A stretch of 64,000 nucleotides of DNA from an uncultured Ruminococcus sp. (GTDB taxonomy: Bacteria; Bacillota; Clostridia; Oscillospirales; CAG-272), in contig CAZOFD010000001.1 in NCBI GenBank assembly GCA_964579135.1, positions 26,063-90,062 on the forward strand, in the 5' to 3' direction. This document shows, piece by piece, positions 17,906 to 25,383 of the stretch. A program made the position numbers and the translations under genes. Each line of letters starts with the position of its first letter. Positions within the stretch are counted from its first letter, which is position 1. Under the pieces are notes generated by a model. It made no database searches. It was given only the letters and a program-made list of their open reading frames with translations, and had not been told where the DNA came from.

Positions 17906-20536
17906 ATGAAATGGACATCTCTTAACGACATCCGCGAAAAGTACCTTGCTTTTTTCGAATCCAAAGGTCATTTGCGTCTGCCGTCTTTCCCCCTTATTCC
18001 GATCAACGACCGTTCGCTCCTGCTTATAAACTCGGGCATGGCACCTATGAAAAAATACTTCACGGGAGAGGAAGAGCCGCCGCGCAATCGCGTTACCACT
18101 TGCCAAAAGTGCATACGCACCCCCGACCTTGAGCGCGTCGGTCACACCGCTCGCCACGGCACGTTTTTCGAAATGCTCGGCAACTTCTCGTTCGGAGATT
18201 ATTTTAAAAACGAGGCTATTCCGTGGGCATGGGAATTTTTGACCGAAGTAATGGAGATCCCCGCCGAGCTCCTTTGGCCCTCCGTTTACGAGGAGGACGA
18301 GGAGGCCTTTAAGCTATGGCGCGACGTTATCGGCGTTCCCGAAGAGCGCATAGTCAAGCTCGGCAAAGCGGACAACTTTTGGGAGCACGGCACGGGGCCT
18401 TGCGGTCCCTGCTCCGAGATCTATTTTGACCGCGGCGAAAAATACGGTTGCGGCAAGCCCGACTGCAAACCCGGTTGCGATTGCGACAGATATATGGAGA
18501 TATGGAACAACGTTTTCTCGCAGTTCAACAACAACGGCGACGGAACGTACTCCGAACTCGCGCAAAAGAACATCGACACGGGAATGGGGCTTGAGCGCCT
18601 TGCCTGCGTTATGCAGGGCGTGGACAATATGTTCGAGGTCGACACCGTTCGCGCCATAATAGACAAGGTGTGCGCTATCTCCGGCAAAAAATACGGCGAT
18701 AACGCGAAAGACGATATATCCATCCGCGTTATCACCGACCATACGAGAAGCGCGATGTTTATGATATGCGACGGAGTAACGCCGTCGAACGAGGGCAGAG
18801 GCTACGTTTTGCGCCGCATAATCCGCCGCGCCTGCCGCCACGGCAAGCTGCTTGGCATAAATCACGCGTTCCTTGTCGACGTCGTAGGCGTTGCCATACG
18901 CGAAAGTTGCGGAGCATACCCCGAACTTGCGGAGCGCTCCGACTATATAAGAAAGCTGCTTTCGATCGAAGAAGAAAGATTCGACGCCACGATAGACGCA
19001 GGTCTCTCGATCCTCACCGACCTTATCGAAAACGCGATACACGACCACGTCGACGTTATCTCCGGCGAAGAAGTCTTTAAACTGTACGACACCTTCGGCT
19101 TCCCGATCGAATTGACGCGCGAGATAACGTCCGAGAGCAAGATAGGCATCGACGAAGAGGATTTTGCCCGCCTTATGGAAGCGCAAAAGCTCCGCGCGCG
19201 CGGCGCACGAAACAATGCCGGCGGCTGGAGCGAAGCCTCCAAAACGATCGTATCCGAGCTGCCGAAGACCGAATTTACGGGCTATACCGACTATCGCTCC
19301 GAGGCGAAGATCATCGCCATCATAGTCGACGACGTATCCGTGCCCACCGTAAGCGAGGGAGCAGCCACTATCATCCTCGATCGCACTCCTTTCTACGGCG
19401 AGGGCGGCGGTCAGGTCGGCGACACCGGCACCATATATACCGGCAAAAATCTGATGAACGTCTCCGACACCAAAAAGACAGACGGCGTTTATCTGCATTT
19501 TTGCACCGTTGTCGGCGGTATCTTCTCCGTCGGCGACAAAGTGACCGCGGATATTTCCGATATGCGACGACGCGCAACGGCACGCAACCACTCCGCGGCG
19601 CACCTTTTGCAGGCGGCACTGCGCAAAGTTCTCGGCAACCACGTGGCGCAAGCCGGCTCTTACGTCAGCGACGACGTGTGCCGCTTCGACTTCAGCCACT
19701 TCGCGCCGATGACAAAAAGCGAGATTTCTCAAGTCGAGGCTCTCGTCAACGAATATATACTTGCCGCGCGTGAGATAGTTACGACGGAGACCGACCCCGA
19801 AACAGCCAAAAAGATGGGGGCTATGGCTTTGTTCGGCGAAAAGTACGGCAAAGTGGTTCGCGTTGTCAAAATGGCTGATTTTTCGACCGAACTTTGCGGC
19901 GGCACGCATTGCTCCAACACCGGGGAGATCGGGCTGTTTAAGATAATCTCCGAATCCGGCATAGCCGCCGGGGTTCGCCGTATAGAGGCGGTCACCGCCA
20001 GAGGCGTGCTTAAACTGATAAACGAAAAAGAAACGCTCATCTCCGGCGCCGCTTCTGCGATGAAGGTCAAAAACTTCGCCGAACTTCCGCACAAAGCCGC
20101 GTCGCTTACCGCGGAGCTCGCCTCGGCAAAGAAAGAGATCGACGAACTCAACGCCAAACTTGCGGCAACCAAAACCGACTCGCTCCTCGCGAACGCAATC
20201 GACGTCGCATCCATCAAACTCGTGTGTGCAAAACTCGACGGTATGGGCGTCGACGCCGCGCGAGCACTTGCGGACAGCATAAGGAACGCGCAGGAAAATG
20301 CCGTCGCGGTATTTGCGATAAACGGCGAAAAGCTGAGCTTCGTATCCGCTTGCGGAAAGGGCGCGGTCGCAAAGGGCGCCCACGCGGGCAAACTCGTATC
20401 CGCAGTAGCCGCCGTTACGGGCGGAAAAGGCGGCGGTCGCCCCGACAGTGCTATGGCGGGCGGCAACGACGCCTCGAAGATCGACGCGGCACTTTCGCTC
20501 GCAGCGGAAGCGCTTGCATCACAAATCGCGAAATAA
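17906..20536 (+). CDS. alaS: Alanine--tRNA ligase
   Basis: MKWTSLNDIREKYLAFFESKGH..FTGEE....R.TTCQKCIR..NFSFGDYFK.., editing-domain HSAAHLL, and C-terminal DHHA1. AAAGG RBS. Confidence 0.95.
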   Translation: MKWTSLNDIREKYLAFFESKGHLRLPSFPLIPINDRSLLLINSGMAPMKKYFTGEEEPPRNRVTTCQKCIRTPDLERVGHTARHGTFFEMLGNFSFGDYFKNEAIPWAWEFLTEVMEIPAELLWPSVYEEDEEAFKLWRDVIGVPEERIVKLGKADNFWEHGTGPCGPCSEIYFDRGEKYGCGKPDCKPGCDCDRYMEIWNNVFSQFNNNGDGTYSELAQKNIDTGMGLERLACVMQGVDNMFEVDTVRAIIDKVCAISGKKYGDNAKDDISIRVITDHTRSAMFMICDGVTPSNEGRGYVLRRIIRRACRHGKLLGINHAFLVDVVGVAIRESCGAYPELAERSDYIRKLLSIEEERFDATIDAGLSILTDLIENAIHDHVDVISGEEVFKLYDTFGFPIELTREITSESKIGIDEEDFARLMEAQKLRARGARNNAGGWSEASKTIVSELPKTEFTGYTDYRSEAKIIAIIVDDVSVPTVSEGAATIILDRTPFYGEGGGQVGDTGTIYTGKNLMNVSDTKKTDGVYLHFCTVVGGIFSVGDKVTADISDMRRRATARNHSAAHLLQAALRKVLGNHVAQAGSYVSDDVCRFDFSHFAPMTKSEISQVEALVNEYILAAREIVTTETDPETAKKMGAMALFGEKYGKVVRVVKMADFSTELCGGTHCSNTGEIGLFKIISESGIAAGVRRIEAVTARGVLKLINEKETLISGAASAMKVKNFAELPHKAASLTAELASAKKEIDELNAKLAATKTDSLLANAIDVASIKLVCAKLDGMGVDAARALADSIRNAQENAVAVFAINGEKLSFVSACGKGAVAKGAHAGKLVSAVAAVTGGKGGGRPDSAMAGGNDASKIDAALSLAAEALASQIAK

Positions 20537-20540
20537 AATA

Positions 20541-20581
20541 AGCTCCCGCAGATCCGTAAGGATCCGCGGGAGCTCTTTTTG
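20541..20581 (+). terminator. alaS terminator
   Basis: AGCTCCCGCAGATCC GTAA GGATCCGCGGGAGCT (one mismatch) followed by CTTTTTG. Confidence 0.85.
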
Positions 20582-20608
20582 CTATGAGGGCACGAAAAAA
20601 GTGCCCGA

Positions 20609-21250
20609 TTAGCTAAGCAAAGCGCCCCACGTGAGTTCTCCGACAACACCGTCCTCGGAGAACCCATTCGATCTTTGAAAATTTTTAACGCTTGTTTGCG
20701 TGTTGACGCCGAAAACGCCGTCGATATCTGTCTCGAATCCGCGAAAAGCGAGCAGCGCCTGCAAAAATCTCACCTCATCGCCACGCGAGCCGCGGCGCAA
20801 ACGTTGCTTTTCCGTCGCTATGCGAACGACGTCACCGCGAGTAAGATCCGAGTCGAAATAGGGTTTGGGATCCGTGGTCTTGCCGTTTTTGTAAAGCCCG
20901 ATATGTAAGTGAGCGCCCGTGCTGTTGCCCGTGCTGCCCATATAGCCGAGAACGTCGCCGCGTGCAACGATATCCCCCTTTTTAACGCGCAAAGTACCGC
21001 TTTTCATATGACAATACACCGTTGAAAACACGTCGCAGTGCTTAATTTTGCAAAAATATCCCGACACCGAATTATATCCCGCTTCGGTCACCTCGCCGCC
21101 GTCGAACGCAATGATATAATCGGACAGCGCGCCTCCGTTTTTCGCGACGGCGACAAGATCTACTCCCTCGTGCCTGCCGTGCGAACGCGCCTCACCGTAA
21201 TCCGACGTGATCCTGTAAGCCTCGTAATTTTTAAAGAATCTGCTTCCCAT
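20609..21250 (-). CDS. Leaderless M23 (LytM-type) metallopeptidase with C-terminal PG_binding_1 domain
   Basis: Intact HxxxD (HEGVD) and HxH (GAHLHIG) motifs. C-terminal LQALLAFRGF..DGVFGVNTQTSVKNFQRSNGFSEDGVVG..TW resembles a peptidoglycan-binding domain. There is no signal peptide or TM segment. The ATG at 21250 lies 2 nt after the upstream stop. Confidence 0.8.
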   Translation of the reverse strand: MGSRFFKNYEAYRITSDYGEARSHGRHEGVDLVAVAKNGGALSDYIIAFDGGEVTEAGYNSVSGYFCKIKHCDVFSTVYCHMKSGTLRVKKGDIVARGDVLGYMGSTGNSTGAHLHIGLYKNGKTTDPKPYFDSDLTRGDVVRIATEKQRLRRGSRGDEVRFLQALLAFRGFETDIDGVFGVNTQTSVKNFQRSNGFSEDGVVGELTWGALLS

Positions 21251-21252
21251 TT

Positions 21253-22113
21253 TTACGCCGTTTCCGCTCTTATACCCCATATCTCTATGGACGAATCCGT
21301 TAACGTGACCGTGTTTGACGAGATAATATCCACCGAGGTTATCGCGCTTTGCGCCTCCTCTGCCGACGAGCACACGCAGTTTACGTTTCCGCCCGAGGCG
21401 TATTCGAACACCTCGCCGTCCGAGCCGTCGATGCCGAGCCGCCCTACGTGACGCACCGAGGCGGTCTCCTCGTTCGTATCGCACTCTACCCTGCCCATAG
21501 TCATAAATCCGCCGACGCCGCCTTTACCGCAACGAGCGTATATATCGTATATCGCGCCCTCGCAATTTTTGAATTTGACTATCATCTTTTTAAGCGCAAA
21601 GCCGTTTCCGTTTACGTCCTTGGCGGTAACGAATTTGGCGGCGTATGCGCTCCCCTCTTTGGTCTTTGCGGCAATAAGTTCGTATACGTCCGTCGCCCCG
21701 AGGGCGGCAACGTCCGCCGCAAGCGACGTCATCTCAAGACGCATTTGCTCCGCTTCGCTCGGCGTGGCACCGCCGCTCTCCCCGCCGCCCGGAGTTTTCG
21801 TCTCAAGCACCGCCAACTTGCCGCATACGCTTATAAGTCGCCGCCCGTCCGCGATACCGTCGACAACGTATTCCGCCGTTCCCGCGCACGAGGTTACCTC
21901 CGCCGGCACGACTGCCTCGTTGCCGTCCATATGCACGGCGACGGGCGACGAATTTTCGCCGGCGGGGAAAAAAGTTATTCTTTTTTGCAGATCGTCCCAT
22001 TCTTCGCCGAAGCCGAAGATGATCTTGCACACGCCGTAGCTTCCGCTCGTACCTGCCACCGCGATTTCGGGAGAAAGCCCGTACTTTTCGACTTTAATCA
22101 ATATCCGTTCCAT
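21253..22113 (-). CDS. Hypothetical protein; N-terminal domain resembles phage baseplate/tail-fibre N domains (BppU_N/DUF2479-like), then a Gly/Ser linker, a short helical segment and a Cys-containing C-terminal head
   Basis: Strong RBS (AAAGGGGA). The N-terminus ..GSYGVCKIIFGFGEEWDDLQKRITFF....AVHMDGNEAVVPAEVTSCAGTAEYVVDG follows the pattern I associate with siphophage receptor-binding or tail-fibre N domains. This similarity is judged by eye only. Confidence 0.45.
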   Translation of the reverse strand: MERILIKVEKYGLSPEIAVAGTSGSYGVCKIIFGFGEEWDDLQKRITFFPAGENSSPVAVHMDGNEAVVPAEVTSCAGTAEYVVDGIADGRRLISVCGKLAVLETKTPGGGESGGATPSEAEQMRLEMTSLAADVAALGATDVYELIAAKTKEGSAYAAKFVTAKDVNGNGFALKKMIVKFKNCEGAIYDIYARCGKGGVGGFMTMGRVECDTNEETASVRHVGRLGIDGSDGEVFEYASGGNVNCVCSSAEEAQSAITSVDIISSNTVTLTDSSIEIWGIRAETA

Positions 22114-22352
22114 TTTATCCCCTTTTTATAAAGTTTTATATTACGCTCATCCTCTGCCATTCCGAGACAATTTTAGCCGTTGCGCCCGCCGTATGACTGA
22201 CGGATTTTTGACTTTTTTCCGCGCGGCACCGAAAAGTGCCGTTCTTCGAAAACGAAACGCGATCGACTCGGCAAGACAGTCGACGTAAATCGCCGATCGC
22301 CGCCCTTGCGGAACGAACCGAATAACTCAAGACCGTTTGCGCAAATTTTTTG

Positions 22353-22381
22353 TTGACTTGCCTCGAATATGATGATATAAT
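22353..22381 (+). promoter_or_regulatory. Sigma-A-type promoter for glyA with extended -10
   Basis: TTGACT (22353..22358), 17-nt spacer, TGATATAAT (-10 at 22376..22381). Confidence 0.7.
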
Positions 22382-22412
22382 CATTTATTATCACAGAAAT
22401 GAGGAAAAAGCT

Positions 22413-23654
22413 ATGTTCTTTGAGAGAGTTTCCGAATTTGACCCCGAGGTAGGCGCGTCGCTCGCACGCGAGTTGAATCGCCAAAGGGGAAATATCGAGC
22501 TTATCGCATCCGAAAACATCGTTTCCGAAGCGGTGCTTTTGGCTGCCGGCGGCGTTTTGACCAACAAATACGCCGAGGGTTACCCCGCTCACCGCTACTA
22601 CGGCGGTTGCGAGTTCGTCGACGAGGTCGAAAACGTCGCGCGCGAACGTGCGTGCCGCCTTTTCGGTGCGAAATTCGCCAACGTTCAACCGCACTGCGGT
22701 GCAAACGCAAACCTTGCGGCATTCTTTGCGCTCGTAAAACCGGGCGAGACCGTTCTTTCTATGAATCTCGCGCACGGCGGTCACATCTCTCACGGACTTC
22801 CCGTTAACATCTCGGGAAAATACTTTAATATAGTTCAGTACGGCGTAGACCCGACAAGCGGACTTATAGACTACGACAACGTTCGCCGCCTCGCACTCGA
22901 AAATCGCCCGAAGATGATCATCGCCGGTGCCAGCGCATACCCCCGCGTTATCGATTTTGCGAAATTCCGCGAGATCGCAGACGAGGTCGGAGCGTATCTT
23001 ATGGTCGATATGGCACATATCGCGGGGCTTGTTGCCGCAGGGCTCCACCCCTCGCCCATTCCCCACGCCCACGTTACTACCACGACAACGCACAAAACGC
23101 TTCGCGGTCCGCGCGGCGGTATGATACTGACCAACGACGAAGAACTGGCGAAGAAAATAGACAAAGCCATTTTCCCCGGCACGCAGGGCGGTCCCCTTAT
23201 GCATATCATCGCGGCAAAAGCCGTCGCTCTCGGCGAGGCTTTGACCCCCGAATATAAGCTCTATCAAAAACAGGTAATAAAGAACGCAGCGGCAATGGCG
23301 CAAACGTTGACCGCACGCGGAGTTTCGCTGTTGACGGGCGGCACCGACAACCACCTTATGCTCCTCAACCTTGTTGGCACGCCCGTGACGGGTCGCGACC
23401 TTGAGGTCAAGCTGGACGAGGTGCACATCACGGCAAACAAAAACGCCATCCCGAACGATCCGCTCAAGCCCGCGGTAACGTCCGGCTTGCGTATCGGCTC
23501 GCCCGCCGTTACGACGCGCGGTTTCGACGAAGCCGATTGCTCGCTTGTCGCAAACTTGATAGCAGACGCGATATACGATTTCGACGCGAAAAAAGACGCT
23601 ATCGCCGCAAGCGTAGCCGAGCTTTGCGCGGCTCACCCGATATATAACGCCTAA
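22413..23654 (+). CDS. glyA: Serine hydroxymethyltransferase
   Basis: ..[30 protein letters not shown].., ..[14 protein letters not shown].. (PLP lysine motif). GAGGA RBS. Confidence 0.95.
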   Translation: MFFERVSEFDPEVGASLARELNRQRGNIELIASENIVSEAVLLAAGGVLTNKYAEGYPAHRYYGGCEFVDEVENVARERACRLFGAKFANVQPHCGANANLAAFFALVKPGETVLSMNLAHGGHISHGLPVNISGKYFNIVQYGVDPTSGLIDYDNVRRLALENRPKMIIAGASAYPRVIDFAKFREIADEVGAYLMVDMAHIAGLVAAGLHPSPIPHAHVTTTTTHKTLRGPRGGMILTNDEELAKKIDKAIFPGTQGGPLMHIIAAKAVALGEALTPEYKLYQKQVIKNAAAMAQTLTARGVSLLTGGTDNHLMLLNLVGTPVTGRDLEVKLDEVHITANKNAIPNDPLKPAVTSGLRIGSPAVTTRGFDEADCSLVANLIADAIYDFDAKKDAIAASVAELCAAHPIYNA

Positions 23655-23662
23655 GGTAAAAA

Positions 23663-23707
23663 CTGCAGGATATCCGCACGAAAATATCGCGGATATCCTG
23701 CGGTTTC
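23663..23707 (+). terminator. glyA terminator (weak U-run)
   Basis: CTGCAGGATATCCGC .. GCGGATATCCTGCGG stem followed by TTTCGCT. Confidence 0.6.
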
Positions 23708-23739
23708 GCTCATATTTCGCTCAAAAAGCGTTTTTTCGC

Positions 23740-23768
23740 TTGACAACGCGAGCAAAAACGATTATAAT
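23740..23768 (+). promoter_or_regulatory. Sigma-A-type promoter for the cobalamin-riboswitch leader
   Basis: TTGACA (23740..23745), 17-nt spacer, TATAAT (23763..23768). Confidence 0.7.
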
Positions 23769-23834
23769 TGCCTTGTTCTGAATCAAGGTCAAACGATTCG
23801 AAACGATTTTAAATCAGATCGTAAAAACAGAATA

Positions 23835-24116
23835 TTTCGCAGTTCGGTTTCGCTTTACGCGAATCAGAGGGAAGTTCGGTGAAAATCCGTCGCAACCGTC
23901 ATTACCGTAATTGGAGTTTTCTTCATAAGTCGGAATACTCACCGAACAAGGCGATGGTCATTCGTGTGGTCACTCTCTTGCGACCGCAAGCGTTTTTGGG
24001 CATGAAAAGCGCAGCCGTTTCTATTTGTGCCAAGGGGTATTGCACCCTTTTGCCGCCTATGGGATAGCTGCGCTTTTTTATCGCTTTTCAGCGTAAAAAA
24101 GCGCATTTTTGTTTTT
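23835..24116 (+). promoter_or_regulatory. Cobalamin (B12) riboswitch with terminator/antiterminator expression platform
   Basis: Aptamer hallmarks: AGAGGGAAG..GGTGAAAATCC (23866..23888), ..CCGTAA.., and a B12-box-like AAGTCGGAATACTCACCG (23927..23944). The terminator stem is TGCGCTTTTTTA/TAAAAAAGCGCA (24069..24105) plus a U-run. GAAAAGCGCAGC (24004..24015) can pair instead with 24067..24077. The boundaries are approximate. Confidence 0.72.
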
Positions 24117-24127
24117 CGGAGGCGACG

Positions 24128-24457
24128 ATGGCAGACAAAACTTTTACAAAAAGCACCTGTATCGAACTTTTGCAAAACAAAAGCGCACAACTTGCAAAGT
24201 CGGGGGACGCGCGCTATCCGCGCCGTTCCGATTTCGGCGAAAGCGAGGTCGCGGCTATAAAAAGCTTTCTCGGTCCGTGGCCGCGCGCACTCGAGGCGGC
24301 TGGCGTTAAATCTTTGCGCGACGACAGCCGTGCAAAAAAAACGAAAGAAAAACGCATCGCCGCAAAACGCGAAAAGACCCGCCGCAAGATCGCGAATATG
24401 CAAAACTCAGGTAGCGAGCTAAAGCAATCTCCGCCTTTCGCAAGCGATGACGATTAG
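24128..24457 (+). CDS. Small basic protein with a homing-endonuclease-associated-repeat (HEAR)-like motif
   Basis: GGAGG RBS 5 nt upstream. The sequence ..YPRRSDFGESEVAAIKSFLGPWPRALEAAGVK.. matches my memory of the HEAR pattern (P..sDF....i...FGsW..AL.aAGl). The tail is Lys/Arg-rich. Confidence 0.6.
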   Translation: MADKTFTKSTCIELLQNKSAQLAKSGDARYPRRSDFGESEVAAIKSFLGPWPRALEAAGVKSLRDDSRAKKTKEKRIAAKREKTRRKIANMQNSGSELKQSPPFASDDD

Positions 24458-24564
24458 CCGATGGCGCCACCGCCGCGCTTGCCCGAATCGCCTTATCTTT
24501 TGAGGCGGAAACTCACCCAATATAAAATATTTGCCCGATCGGCAAATGATAAGGAAAAGAAAAA

Positions 24565-25383
24565 ATGAAAAAGATCATCTCTCTCATCCTCACCGCACTC
24601 ACGGCAATGACCGTCATCGCCTGCGTCGCCGTTCCCTGCGCTGCCGGAAACGAGGCGTTCGTTTACGTTACGATAGTCGACGGAAACGGCAACCTCGCTC
24701 TTACGCAAAAGCAAGTAACCGTTACCGACGTCGATAACGACGGCAAACTTACCGTAAACGACGCTCTTTATTGCGCACACGAGCAAAATTACAGCGGTGG
24801 CGCAAGCGCGGGCTACGCCTCATCGCAAAGCTCCTACGGTCTTTCGCTCGACAAACTTTGGGGCGTGCAGAACGGCGGCGCATACGGATATTACGTTAAC
24901 GACGCTATGGCGATGAGCCTTGCGGACACCGTAACGAACGGCGACTTTATAAACGCTTTCGTATACACCGACACCACCGCGTGGAGTGATACTTATTGCT
25001 TCTTTTCAAGTAGCGTCGCAAGCAGCGTTGCCGGCGGCAAGATACTTCTCACGCTGAACTGCTTGGGATACGACGCACAGTCATCCTCTTTCGTCAATAT
25101 GCCGATCGAGGGCGCGACCATCACCGTTAACGGCGCGGCAACGGAATACAAAACGGATGCAAACGGCTCCGTTTACCTCAAGATAGACAAAGCGGGTACG
25201 TACGTCGTCAGCGCAACGAGCACCTCGAAAAATCTCGTCCCCCCCGTGCTGACCCTCTCCGTTACCGCAGCCGCCCCCGAAACGGGCGACACCGAACTTT
25301 GGATTTTGGCGGCACCGGCGCTTGCCTTGACCGCGCTGCTCGGGGCTGCGTTCGTATATCGTCGCAAGCACGATGAGATCTAA
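24565..25383 (+). CDS. Secreted DUF4430-like protein with Ig-like middle domain and C-terminal sortase-type sorting signal
   Basis: Signal peptide MKKIISLILTALTAMTVIACVAVPCAAG. DUF4430-like region (VYVTIVDG....LTVNDAL......YGLSLDKLWG....GYYVND). The C-terminus is AAPETGD, then a hydrophobic stretch, then RRKHDEI. Confidence 0.7.
   Translation: MKKIISLILTALTAMTVIACVAVPCAAGNEAFVYVTIVDGNGNLALTQKQVTVTDVDNDGKLTVNDALYCAHEQNYSGGASAGYASSQSSYGLSLDKLWGVQNGGAYGYYVNDAMAMSLADTVTNGDFINAFVYTDTTAWSDTYCFFSSSVASSVAGGKILLTLNCLGYDAQSSSFVNMPIEGATITVNGAATEYKTDANGSVYLKIDKAGTYVVSATSTSKNLVPPVLTLSVTAAAPETGDTELWILAAPALALTALLGAAFVYRRKHDEI

Noticed and set aside
18314-20383. A 689-aa ORF antisense to alaS. Similar near-full-length antisense ORFs face ackA (10243..11541), glyA (22173..23636), the histidine kinase (48744..50267), the ECF ATPase (28025..29416) and ThuA (4639..5466).
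   Set aside because: In each case the sense strand carries unmistakable conserved motifs. The antisense translations are Arg/Gly/Val-rich with no recognisable motifs or RBS. Long shadow ORFs are expected when the coding strand avoids the codons that are the reverse complements of stop codons (TTA, CTA, TCA). I treated them as artefacts.
20609-21250. The M23 protein as SpoIIQ, the LytM-domain partner of SpoIIIAH.
   Set aside because: SpoIIQ has an N-terminal transmembrane anchor. This protein has neither a TM segment nor a signal peptide, carries a PG_binding_1-like C-terminus, and is coupled to a phage-like gene. It is therefore unlikely to be SpoIIQ.
20609-22113. A full prophage or mobile element.
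   Set aside because: Only two phage-like genes are present. I saw no integrase, terminase, capsid gene, holin, flanking direct repeats or tRNA target, and no obvious compositional shift by eye.
22114-22352. A possible riboswitch or structured RNA (ZTP/pfl upstream of glyA, or c-di-AMP/c-di-GMP upstream of the M23 pair).
   Set aside because: The glyA promoter lies downstream of this stretch, so it cannot be a glyA leader. Read on the minus strand, I found only short (4-5 bp) inverted repeats and no match to the ZTP, ydaO or GEMM core motifs as I remember them. A covariance-model scan would settle this.
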